A DNA stretch of 53,610 nt from Chlorokybus atmophyticus. Taxonomy: Eukaryota > Plantae > Mesostigma and Chlorokybus algae. Shown here one piece after another: positions 33,768-46,200 of this stretch. The notes below the pieces were generated by a model. The model made no database searches. It had not been told where the DNA came from and was given only the letters and a program-made list of their open reading frames with translations. Where the stretch lies: positions 316,757 to 370,366 of the forward strand of contig RHPI01001616.1 of NCBI GenBank assembly GCA_009103225.1, in the 5' to 3' direction. The stretch's first letter is position 1; every line of letters starts with the position of its first letter. The position numbers were made by a program, and so were the translations under genes.

Positions 33768-36162
33768 TCACCGATGCGGCAGGCTGTTTACAGGCGCCAG
33801 CAGCGGCATGTGCAGTTCGGTGCGGTACGACGCACCGCGCTGCGATCGGTAGCTCGACGGCACGTCATTAGCATCACCACCGCCGTCAGTATGGCCGTGC
33901 CTCTGCCCCTGCGATATCGACCGCGCAGCCGACAGCGCATGCGGACTCTCGTGATACGCGCCAATAGCATCCTCCGCATCGACCTTTTCCTCAACCTTGC
34001 TCTTATTGTTGCCGCTGCCAACTCGTCCGTTGCTTCCTTGCGAGGGGTCTGCTGCTGGTGTGTCCCTATGAGGCTGCGCACGGCGTGTTGTGTTTATGTT
34101 GTTTGCATGTGTTGCCAGTCTTGCAACAATACATAAAATCAAGAAGAAATTGGCTGGCGGAAGTACTATGCTCTTCTCAGCGAGTTCGGTGACCGCTTAG
34201 AAGTACGCAAGCTTGCCAAAAGATGTTAATCGTTGCATGTGAGGAACATCATAATGGGCGACGCTTACCGCACAGTCGCTGCTGGCGCCCACCTCAGTGT
34301 GCTGCTCATTTCCACCGTGGTGCGTCTGCGCGCACATAAGATAACAGTGTTGAATGTGCACACGTGATACCACGCAGGTGCACACGAGAGTGCGCATAGA
34401 ACTCTGTGGATGGGTGTGCATATGCCTTTGCGTGCGCACGTGCGTGGGCAACTGTGGGGCAGCATTGGTAACCGGGTGCTCTGTCATGCATCAAAATTCG
34501 CCAAAGGAAAACCAAGCTTCCTCACCTCCTCAACCAAGTACATACGCGGTGCGTATCGCAAGATGACGATGCTGATGGCCATGCAGAAGATGCTGACAAA
34601 GTACATCTTTCCTCCCGCAGCACACCCAACAGCCGCCGACAGCCACACCGTCGTCGCTGTGGTCAAACCCCTCACCTACTGGCCATCAATTACAAAAGCA
34701 ATCATCACATATACATACAGACGCACCTTGTTTCTTACACCTATAGATGCACATATGCATCAATGTACACATGCACTCTCACTGATAAACGAGCAGGTAT
34801 GGATACACAGACGTGTGACTGCATTACACATGGCATGATGATCACGTTACACAGATGCACACACAAATGCAGGTAGACATACGTGTACACACAAATTAGT
34901 GCACGTAGGTGAACAGGCACGTTGGTCATGCGCATGTAACATATGCACTACAATTGCACTAAGATATACGTGCACTCATCACACACTGACCTCATGCCCG
35001 GCATGGTGGCCAGAAAGCCCTGCGCCCTTCCAAATGACTCCAGCACCAAGAAACCCAACACCAGATGGAATCGCAGCAGCGATGCGGGATGCATCCCATT
35101 CCATCGGACCACTTTGTATCATCAACCAGACACAATCAGTACCATATGGAATGGTGTGTGCATGGAGAGAAAGCTTGTTCATTACCTTATGAATGCAAAA
35201 GTGGATGCTAAGGTGAAGCTTGCAGCGCCCAAAGCCACCAAAGCCATTGTCCTTATGCCTGCTGGTCGATCAGATGAGCGACGTTCCCAGCCGAGGATGG
35301 CACCCAATATTGCCGCCACAAGCTGGTACACACATTGTTCAGCAAAAGCTGTCAAAGAGTACATGAGCTGCTTGCTGGACGCTTATATGAATAAAAGAGC
35401 TGAGGCAACAGTAACAACAACACTGCTTATGGGCACCTGTGAACAGATAGTGGGTAGTGCGTGTGCGCATTCTTGCACATGTGCGAGAATGCGCACACGG
35501 GCACATGTGTGCGTGCGGATGTGTGTACACGCATAGCCTTTTCCGTAACCAACCTCTTGTAGCAGACTGCGTATGCATTGTGCACTTGTGTCACACAAGT
35601 ATTAAGTTGAATTGGCTTGCCCTTACCAGACGCTGGCCGTGGTCAGCTTCAAGAGGCGTGAGGCCTCCCAGTCGCCACTGGCGCTGGCCCATGCACGGCG
35701 GGAAGCTGTACGCTGGGTTCGGCCATTCTGTCGGATCCTACACATGTCAACACTTAGTTGAAGCAGTAAGAATATGCATTATGAAGCAAGCATACATGCG
35801 AAAGACAGCAACAGCTTGCCTTTTCTGTGCAGTGCCGGCTGGGGTCCCAAAGCAAGTCCTTGACTGCCACCAGCAGGCAGTACACAACCACGAAGATGGT
35901 GAGAGCCAGCTGCGGAAGTATGCTAACCTCAGTTGACAGCTGAAAGAAAGCAGCAACTGACCAGTTGACCTCTCAAAGCCCACATGCAAGTGCGAAGCAT
36001 CCACCCAACCTTTGTCCAGGAGTCCACATGCGGCACGGCTGGTCTGACTCCCTTGCCGCCTACGCCAACCGGCAACCCAGCTGAATCCACCAATACAGGC
36101 ATGCCGACCTTAAAGGCGAGCAGCGCCGCCGCCGACACGAAGTACAACCACAGCACGGCCAG
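33768..36162 (-). CDS. mgtC: MgtC/SapB-family multi-pass membrane protein; at least 8 exons; 5' end not resolved
   Basis: Exons 36162-36010, 35909-35820 (GC donor), 35737-35627, 35322-35186, 35111-34991, 34675-34526, 34325-34269 and 34073-33768. MgtC motifs: LVAAILGAILGWERR..DRPAGIRTMALVALGAASF, DASRIAAAIPSGVGFLGAGVI, VRGLTTATTVWLSAAVG. The N-terminal exons are supported only by phase consistency. Confidence 0.85.
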
Positions 36163-37785
36163 CTACATACATGGCATCCAGCCGCGTACAGTGATCCGTT
36201 TCTGATCCCTGAGTGATTCCATGATGATCCAACACTAACTGTGAAAGATTCCAATAGAGTCACCAGATGCCGTTCGGTGATCCGTTTGTTGAGCCGTCTT
36301 TGATGATGCTGTAGTGATCCAGTACCTGGATTGCTGATCCACAAGCAAGTAGATGCTTGGTTCAGTGATCGCTGTCGGCGCTAGTGGCATTGGTGGCGCT
36401 GGTGACAGCGGTGGCGTGGGCGGTGGTGTCGTCGGCTTCATGGTTGGGGGCTTCTTCAGGAGAGTACGCAACTTCTTCGGTGGCGGGGAGGAGGAGCAAG
36501 CCACCGCTTATCAGGTATCTTGGAACTGACAATGAGCATCCAAATGAGGCATTGCTGAGCGCAAGTTTGAAACACATGAGTTGACGTCTCAAGCAGCCGG
36601 CAGCTGCTTGTGCTCTCAATCAAAGCTTATGTAGTGGCAAGGTTGAGTTGCGTTTAGTATCAGCCGCCCGTTGGTTTGATCTGAAAGTGGTCAGAAAGAT
36701 AGCTCACCTCAATACGCTACGCTGAACTTGGGTAAGCTAAGTTGGGTTTGTGTCCATGTGAGCTGAACGTGTGTAGCTACTGTGATGAGCTAAGCACAAG
36801 TTTCATCTTGCGTCTGCTTTGGTTTATTGCCGGCTGAAAGCTTGTGCTTAGCTCAGCACAGCTAAGCGACTACAAGCTTAACATCTGAGCTAAGCTGAAC
36901 TGCCAGCTGCGTTGATGCTAGGCTAAGTGGTTAGGTCTGTTGTCTGTAAACATGCGGTCGCTGCTGTGCGGCAGGCCAGCGCTACTGCCAGTGGCTTCAG
37001 ACGGAGTTATGAGCCTACTCGTGATAGTAGCAGACCGTTTGCTGTGAAGCGGGAAGTAGCCGTTGAGCGCCAGCTAGCACCATTGGCACCGGTGGTCCAG
37101 GCTGCGGGCTACTCTCCCGGAGGCATACAAGGCCTCAGGTAATTTAGGTTGTAGGTACATGTGCATCTTGTGTGGATGTAACGTTATGCCTGCGAACGCA
37201 TGGCTTTAGGAAGCTTCCTTCATTTACCCAGCCAGCTGCGCTGTGTGCATGCGAGCATGCAGGAAGTCATGTTGTTTTACATTCAATTTTGAGCTTTCAT
37301 CCATTGTTGCAATCAGTATTGTGTGCATGAATGTGTATTCTTGCACGCACAACAAGCAATTGAGTGCACAAGTGTTCAATACTGAGCAACAGTGTTTATT
37401 GCTGGCTCTGAGCAATCAATTAACCCTTCCCTGACACATGCAGCTGGTACCTGAAAAGTTTACACGAGGATGACGACGGTGACGTAGCCACTTCCTTCTG
37501 GAGTGAGAAGGGAGGCAGCTTGCCTGCAAGGCTGTGGGCTGCCGTTGCTCGCGGTGCTGTCATTCTGTTGCTGGACGGCGGCAACGTCTACCCTGTGTGC
37601 ACTCACGAAGAGTGACAGCTGCAGCCTACACATTTACTTTTCCAGGTTGGTTAGCAGCATGCATGCGTCTTTACGTGCATAACTGCTGTTACTGTCTCCG
37701 AGTGTCACCAGGTATATGAGATTGAATACTGTTTGCAATGTGAGTACGCGAGGAGTAACGCAAGTTCATGCTTGTCAAACAGTAG

Positions 37786-38805
37786 ATGGCGGACTTGGAC
37801 CCTGCAGAGGCCCAACAATGGACGGAACAGGATGAGCAGTGTGCACGCCAAAACTCTTGGAGGCAATGCCGGTACGGTTGGAGTGTTACACATGCACATG
37901 CGCGCCTGTGTCCATGATTATGTTGCGATTAATGTTGTGTTGTTATGATTTTCTCTGCACATTAACGTGGCCTCTATGCAAGAGCTGATGCCTGTGCAAT
38001 CGTAGGTCAAGAAAAGATGCTGTTGTGTATGACCTACGAAATGATGGCAGCGCGCTTCGCTGGCTCAAAGTGGAGGCGCCAATCGACTGCTCGCTGTCCG
38101 ACATCGACTCGTTGCTGGACGCGGACCTTGTGTCTCGGCAGAAGCAGTGGCACAAGCTGTTTGTAGAGGGAAGGTCTTTGTCTGGCAGCAGCGACTTGGG
38201 TCTGGAGTGTCTGTATATGGCGTACGCCTCTCCCGTGGGCGCACTTGTCTCCACCAGAGACACTGTCTACTGGAAAGTACGGCGCAATCTTCCTGGAGGC
38301 GGCTTCATCCTCTCTGTAAGTAGTGGATGGCTTCACCCTTGTTATAACATACACATGCATACATCTGCGTCACAGACATATGCTTGTGACAACGTAAGGA
38401 TGCAAGCAATGGCACACATGCACACTTGACGCGTCTGCAGGGTTGCATTCATGCATGTGTACGTGTATGTGTGCGCGCATGTGGATATGCGTGTCTCAGT
38501 CTATGCCTGCATTAAACTGCAGAACTGACACATTGTACCACCTTATCATGCAGTACCGCACGACAGAGAACCCAAGTGCTCCTGTTGCCCGCCCCCGCGT
38601 GCGGATATGGTTTCAAGGTGCTCACATCATCACTCCACGGCCCGAAGGCGGCGTGCTGTACAGTTACATTCAGCAGGCGGATCCAAAGGGGCTGCTGCCC
38701 AAGTGGCTGTCCAACCGCGCGCAGGTAGGAGTGTTGCTGGATGAAGTGGCAGGTGTCAAAGTGGCAACTGCAGGTAGCAGCAGTTCAGCTGTGAAGTCAG
38801 TATGA
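37786..38805 (+). CDS. START-domain lipid-binding protein (core 3 exons; possible upstream exons from 36756)
   Basis: Exons 37786-37871, 38006-38315 and 38554-38805; phases are consistent. START features: RQKQWHKLF, LYMAYASPVGALVSTRDTVY, GGGFILS, YIQQADPKGLLPKWLSN. Confidence 0.85.
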
Positions 38806-39288
38806 GAGTTCCGTTGGCGCAAGGGTAGAGTAGTTTGCTGTCTGAACTGCTGGTAGGTGTAAACTTGAGTTGTTCTTCCACTTAGGTGTCTACTGTGGCG
38901 GTTGGCTTAAAGCCGTTCTGGTGACCGCTGCTTGCATAATTTGTGAAGAATGTAAGATCTACGCATCGTAACTAGTAGAGGGGCTAGTAGTGTTGGACAT
39001 TGCTTGTAGTTGTATGGGCAGAATTGCTTACAATAAGGACCAGCGATAACTGGAGAGGCTTCATGAGTTGATGGCATTGGTGGCATATCTGCAAGCAAGG
39101 TGCCTGATAGGCAGGACAGCAGATGTTGTGTGCACTTGCTTTGCCTGGCGTAAGCCATTTTGGCTGCAGAGTTTAAGCATGAGTATGGTGCACACATAGC
39201 AAAATTAATTTCCTGTACACTGCAACTTATTTCATCACCGTGTCACATGTACACATCCAGCACACGAGGTACAATGTGCTTGCGACTG

Positions 39289-40540
39289 TCACAGAGGATG
39301 CGGTTCAATGTCTTGACCTGTGCGCTGTTGTGTGCACTACGGCTCAATCAGCATTGATACACTCCATAACACACAAGAATTCCATATCCACCCAGTGCAA
39401 ATTGACTCAGAACATCACCCTGTGCTCGAAGCCAGATTGTTTAGCTTTTCGGAACCAAAACAACAAAACCTGTATGGTATCCTATACACCAGGTCTATAC
39501 TGCAAAATCACAGGTTCTAATCCGCTAATCATTGTGGAGCGCTACCCACATCAGGCGCAGCCACCTCACTCTCCACATTGCTGTACACATTGTTCCCACC
39601 TGCATGCAAAAAAAGAACAAGCAAGACTAAGTACAAATGCAGTCAATACATGTTACAGATGCACCTCTTCAGATTTGCTCAAGCACCCATCACACAAGTA
39701 TATGTCTTACATGTGAAGTGTTGTATTAATATATATCTTAGACACGGGGGCACGCGTACATTAGCGGAGTTGTTAACCATGTACCACTCAAAATGAACAA
39801 CAGCCCACACACACGCACCGATTCCAATCTCAGTGGTGCCAAGGACATCATCCTGGTAGCCCGCGCCGACCCTGGCGGCATTCTGCACGGCGTCCTTCGA
39901 GTAGTCACGCACGGCTTCGGGCTGCCCCGGCTGAGGCGTCACAGGCGTCACCTGATGCAGAGAAATGTCATCACAAGGTATGTGTGCTCACGCGGGCACA
40001 CGCCGCACGTCTGTATCAATGTGCATATGTGTGCGCGCATGTGTGAGTGCGTGCGTGCGGGCGCATATGCATGTCAATGTTGTAAGCATGCGGTACGCGT
40101 GCATGCCAGTATTAGTGGGTGTCACTTACTGTGCCTTTGCCGTACATTGCGGCTGCATCGCCAACAACTCCTCCACTGACGGAGTCTGGGCCGGCCTGAG
40201 GTTCAATAGAGATAGATATATCAAATAGATGTATCAGCAATGCAGGACTCAACATGCGCCTGGTACCTTGACATGATTGATGACATATGAACATTATTTC
40301 TTTCAAGCTGTCAATGATAGGTCTCGCATGTTAGGTGTAGCAAGCAGTTGGGCAACACAACACTACATTCTTAACCAACAGCCGACCAAGGTTAACAGAA
40401 GCGGCAGCAACAATATGAGTTGATCCCATACGCTCGCATGCACGCATGTGTATAGGCTGTGCATTGGTATGCATGTGTACCTCAGGATCGTAGGCGACCT
40501 GGCCAGGGTTTTGCCCAGCAGTGTTCCAGTTCTCGCTCAT
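39289..40540 (-). CDS. Small (~95 aa) hydrophilic Gly/Pro/Gln/Asp-rich protein of unknown function; 4 exons
   Basis: Exons 40540-40481, 40195-40130, 39951-39819 and 39317-39289, all GT-AG with matching phases. Protein: MSENWNTAGQNPGQVAYDPEAGPDSVSGGVVGDAAAMYGKGTVTPVTPQPGQPEAVRDYSKDAVQNAARVGAGYQDDVLGTTEIGIGQDIEPHPL. The last exon is the least certain. Confidence 0.65.
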
Positions 40541-41719
40541 CTTGGACGGAGGCCCTGCCACATCAGTACACAATCAGACGACACTCTTTGAACCGTCCAA
40601 CCCCTATCCACCAATGTGTGGACGTACAAAGTCCTCATACACACACAAACATGTTTGCAAGAATTCACACACACTCACCATGCTCCACCACCTGCCCTCC
40701 CTCCAGAGGCTTATCTGCCATGTTGAGCGGTCAAAAACGTGACACCGTAGCTGGTCTGCTCTTGAACGCCTTGAACACCAGCGCCTACCTAACCAACTAG
40801 TAGCTTAATGTAAACTCTGAGCTTCAGTTCTTAAGCTTTGCCAGTACTTGATCTGGCCACGAACACTCACTTGGCCTGTGCGTGCATGCAATTAAGCAAA
40901 GCGTGGCCAACTTCGGCAGCGAGTGAATCAACTCGGTCAACGATGAATCGAGTGAATCACTGCAACGGGGATTCACTGAATCACGGGACTGTCCAAAGTG
41001 AATTGATTGACAACGCAATCGGATCCGCGCGGTTTGGCATAACACGTCACGTGAGCCCATAAAGCGCTGGACACCAAAATTACCTGAAAACATTGAACAT
41101 GAACTTCAGGCACAACACATCGCATGAAAACACAACCTGGACACACTCAATGGCAGTTTGAAGTACAGTGCTGGTTCAGTGACCGTTGCGTTGTATCATG
41201 AGATCAAAGAGGCAAAGCACGGTGTTTGCTTTAAGCATCTTAAAACGATACACGTGCAGACCATTATCTTCATGCAAAACAATCCGTCACGAGTAAACAA
41301 GTATAATGAGCATGTGATAAATATAGGAAAACTTAAGCATATTGATGCAATCAATCAATCCATAAATCTTACCACAATATTTGTTACCTCGTGTTATTTT
41401 CGTCATATGCTGGGAAAACAGTTGTTGTGTTATGCATAACAACCTTGATTGCATGTTAAAGACAAGTATAATATATACAAATTGATAGCATGCTTTATAA
41501 AGCATATTATAAGTAGATTATAATTAATCTATGTTTCGATGCAAATGCGATTATCTTTCATCGCGTTAACAAGATTGCAACTTGTGTTGGTATGGATTGA
41601 TGTATTGCATATCACACAATATCAGCAGCGTATTAAGTATATTCACTTGTTATACTTGGCATAGAGTACATCATGTAAATGTGGTAATGTCATTTGCATA
41701 TAAACTGCTGAATTTCATG

Positions 41720-41721
<2 letters not shown>

Positions 41722-41759
<38 letters not shown>
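41722..41759. repeat. (TC)19 microsatellite
   Basis: Perfect TC run. Confidence 0.97.
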
Positions 41760-41761
<2 letters not shown>

Positions 41762-41978
41762 GCTTCACATGCGCACGCACACGAAAGCTTTTATAATGTA
41801 ATATACAAATGATGCGACTTGCAAATTGTGCATGCAAGTCAAGCCGCATGCATATGCTAGCTAAGCAATAGTTACAAGCGGTACATGAAAATCGAGGGCC
41901 CCCCCATCATCAGCAGCACGCACACTCAAGCCATTACTTTAAAAGCGAAAACACAAACATTTACCCCCCCCCCCCCCC

Positions 41979-42121
41979 NNNNNNNNNNNNNNNNNNNNNN
42001 NNNNNNNNNNNNNNNNNNNNNNNNNNNNNNNNNNNNNNNNNNNNNNNNNNNNNNNNNNNNNNNNNNNNNNNNNNNNNNNNNNNNNNNNNNNNNNNNNNNN
42101 NNNNNNNNNNNNNNNNNNNNN
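41979..42121. other. Assembly gap (N run)
   Basis: N run flanked by poly-C on both sides. Confidence 1.
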
Positions 42122-42395
42122 CCCCCCCCCCCCCCCGCTCCTGGATATGCAAAGGAAAAACACTACTCATAATACTGTTGCATCAACTTGCTTGCCACCA
42201 ATAGCATCAAACAACCTTCACACACGCACAGCCAAGCTCTTTTTGTGTGTACAGAACATGCAAGTAGTGTATAGGGTAATATTGTATGTATGTACCTTTG
42301 CAGTGTGTACAAAAGATGTCATGCCTCATAGGCTGCATGCAAGGGGTGTCATGCATCACCACACACACACAGTGACATTCACCCACCACACATAG

Positions 42396-42595
42396 CAAAC
42401 AGCATGTTATATAAGTCACCACCGGGCTGTACCATCTACACTACTACTACACTACTCACCTTCCCCGTTAGACACACACAAGCATGCAAGTGTCCCAGTC
42501 AGTCACCTGGATAACGGCGCAGGGTTACCGGACAGCCCTTGGACCCCAGCAATAGCAGCAGCAGCAGACCATAAGGACTCCCTTCCCTCCCCCCA
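42396..42595. repeat. Dispersed repeat copy B, related to 8473-8700
   Basis: Anchors at 42396-42406, 42417-42429, 42465-42474 and the CAG run at ~42555 occur in the same order as in copy A. Confidence 0.6.
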
Positions 42596-43259
42596 CACCG
42601 CCACCTCCGCCCTCGCTGCACTCGCCTACCATACACTGCAATTGCTGCCGCCAGGCAGCATTGCCTGCACGTTGCGGTTAGGGTTAGCTGGCATGCACCA
42701 CGTCAGCATGACACTGCCTGTGCAGTCAAGGTCGTCGCTGTGTTGCGGCAAATGCGCATGGAGCGCCAGCAGCTTGCTGCCTCAAATATCAACGAAAGAA
42801 TCAGAGTAACATGCGCATGCAATTTTAACGACAATACAGCAGACAGGTATTTGCGAGTGCTAGATTATGACAATAACATGAAGTTGCAGAGTGATTGCTG
42901 ACTGCTGATAGATGCCGTTGCCTAGCATAATCATTGAAGGCAATGAACGAACAGTGTATAACAGTTTGCACATAACAACACTTCCTGAGCAATCCACATG
43001 TGCGCACTCTGTAGGTCACGCTATATGAAACGGTTCCACACTCGTTAAACCAACAACGTTGCCATAGCAACACAGCCTACCTCAATATACAACAAACCGA
43101 TACACAGTCAATACCCAACCCTGAATGCTGACTGCTTATCTTATCACTCTCTTTTTACATTGACAGAAGACAATCCTACTTATCGCCTACCAACGCAACC
43201 GCACAAACAGCATTGCTCTGTACACTCAACTTGCTTATTAGTGCAGTCTTCCCATTCTT

Positions 43260-46200
43260 TTAAGCATCAGCAGCTTGCTCGGTTAGGGAAGCGCGCCTCA
43301 AACCCCAGAAGCGCTCGGGATGGCCCTTAGGGAGTGCGATGCGATCTGCTGCTGTAAACAGCCACCCCTGTTTCATGAGAGCAAATGCAGACGTTTAGAC
43401 AGCAAGGCTTGTGCACATAAGAAAGCAACCAGGGAGTGACCATAGAAACACAAAAGAACTGAACGAACACGCATGCATGGCACTACAGAAGCTGAAGCCT
43501 TGCACAACTGTTTTTCATGTGCGTGCGCGCACACATCTCTGTGTAACATAATGTGCTCAACACCCAGTTCAATTTGTGGCAACAGGTGTTGCAGAACGCA
43601 AGGGCAAAAACTAACCATGTGTTCACCGCATGTCTCACAGTATGCTATTGTCCACGCATATCCCGGAAACCAGCTGTTGGCTGTTTCGGGACGCCCTTCG
43701 CACACCAGTCCACGCACCATCCTCATTGTCAGCGCTTCATGTACATACCTGTACACAAAATAGCATGTCAAGGAGAACAACAGCAAGCGCTCACACATGC
43801 AAACGCACACGCAGGTGTAAGGAGAAGGATACAACCACCAATTGATGCAGTATACTTACCCTTGAGAGTTGACAAACGCGTTTATTGGACCGTCTTCAGA
43901 CATGTTCATCTGCATTGCAAATGCAATTTGGATGGGCAAAAACAATAAGCGGATGGCTGTTATTGAGCAGCTAACTGTAATCAGACACGAGGCAGTCACT
44001 GGCAAGAAGTTTTCTCATCTAATGTCCTTCAAGCAAAGTGCATCATATGATATGATGACACCAATATTGGTCTACAATATTGTAGACCAATATCGATGGT
44101 ATCATATCACATTCAGGGTACCACATATCAATTCACACAAGCCATACCACATCTTCTTTGCGACCGACTTCGACACCACATGTGCGGCAGCGAAGCACGC
44201 CCAAAGTCTCCAGCAGGTGTATCTCCTCACGGAGGCGCTGATCGGTGGCTGGTATCTCTAACAATCGCTGTCTCGCGGAGTCCTGGAGAGGGAGCTTGCT
44301 GGCCACCCAAAAAGAAAGGCTCTCAGGGTCCAGGATATGCGCCATGAACGTGGCGGGGAAAAGTGTTATTAACATGTCTTGCAACCGCCTCGCAAGCTCG
44401 TATGCGTCGTATATCCTGTACACGAAGGAAGGCCAGTAGGCCAGCGCAGCAACCGATGGCCGCTTCCTCCTCTGAACGCTGCTGCATGCCGCATCACCAG
44501 CCGAAGCCGCTACCTGTGAATGGAATTACTGTACTTTCAAGTTGCATTTGACTGCCCACGCCCATGCACAGGCACATCCACATCCACATCCACTCAGTTA
44601 CACCCACGCAGGTGCACCCTTGTCCACATACACAAGCTCAACCTCCATCTACACTCTAACGATGCCATAGTCGACCTGACTTGGATGAGCATGCATGCAG
44701 GGCAGACACATGCCAACGCCGCGAGCAGTTGAGGGCAAAAGCAACATACCTTGCCAAAGGCTCCTGAAGGAAGATGTAGAGCTGGTAACTCCTCAATGAT
44801 CTGCACTTCAGCTGTGAGGGCGCCATCAGCTTCTACAAGCGAGCGCAGCAATCTGAATCGCTGGCGTCCCTTAGCAATGAGGTTGAGGCTCCCGTCCGGT
44901 TGCCGCCTCAGTGCCCTTATCTCCGCCGTTGTGCCCACGCCGCCAAAGGACACTTGCAAAGCGTTTCTTCTTCGACTTACATACAACACCCCTATGACGT
45001 GCTTTGCCGGCCCATCATCACGCATTGCCTGTGCAACAAGCAACAAGCATTATGCTCAGGCCCATCTGCATTGGACTTAAAGATGCATGCGAATGCATTG
45101 AAGTAAACACTCACCCTTTCAACAGCTGCTTTGAAGCGGGGCTGCAGTACTCTCAGAGGCAGCTTGTCATTCGGAAACAACACAATCCCCTCCAAGTAAA
45201 ACATTGGCAGCACCAGTATCTACACAACCAGCACACACATACACACACACAAACACGATGACTTAGCCAAAAGGAAACTAAACTAAACATTACCACTGCA
45301 AAGCCATAGGGCTGTAAAGAGGATCATTGCAGCGAAGTTGCACAACAACAACAACAAAGCTCCACATACCTGGCCACCCCCAACCATGCGCGCCCCGCCA
45401 TCAGAGATATCATCTACCTCTCCAAGATATGAATGGGAGTTGGGAAGACAGGGCTCATATGTGAAGCCGCCACGCCCACCGACTACGCCACCGTCATGCT
45501 CAAAATCATCTGTAACATCACTGTGCGGCGTCGATGTGCTGCTTCGCATCTCTGTATCTTCTGTGCTGTTGCTTGTGCTCGGCTCCAGCGCAGCCATCCT
45601 TGCACGCGCTTCATCTCCGTCACCATCCAAGATCCTGACAATACGCAGAGAGCAGCATTACAAAAGTTGACTGGCACATGCACCACTCAACCTGATTTGA
45701 AAAGAGAGGCGCTGTGCATGCGCATAAGGGGATCAGCGTTTAGACTTCTTGAGGGCAACTGGCAGTGACATAACCAAACCAAATATCAGTAGTCAAGAAT
45801 TGCTGCATGCCAAGGTGTGACATGTTACAATGCAATTATAAGCAAGGAAACCAACCCAGGGCATGCCACTACTGCCAGTACAGCCCAACACATTTTGACA
45901 ACAACAATGGGGAAAGCTACAGCCTACTGCTTAAGCATTTCCCTTGGGTTGCTCAGATCACAGAATAGCGACCAATTGCGTGACACAAACCAAGGCAAGA
46001 GCTCAAGTAGCTCAGGCCAGTCCATAGCACAATGCAAGTGGATGCTGTCCGCATGTGTAGACACATGATTGATGCGCACGGTAATGGCAACTGCGCAAAC
46101 AATGACGCGTCGATGCAAATGCACAAAAGGCAGCGTCCACAACAGTTGTTAGGTCATTTTGCATGAGATGTTGTGAAGCCGCACACAAGACACCAACAAA

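Noticed and set aside
36163-36240. In-frame TAG codons upstream of MgtC as a sign of TAR-to-Gln recoding
   Set aside because: TAA and TAG end well-supported genes here (SEC15, CRBN, MED20, thioesterase, HPt), and the TAG at 36163-36165 fits a splice acceptor.
36362-36619. Protein-like ORF ...EEAPNHEADDTTAHATAVTSATNATSADSDH
   Set aside because: No ATG or splice path links it to MgtC in frame; left unresolved.
42678-42687. TTAGGGTTAG telomere-like sequence
   Set aside because: Under two units; expected by chance.
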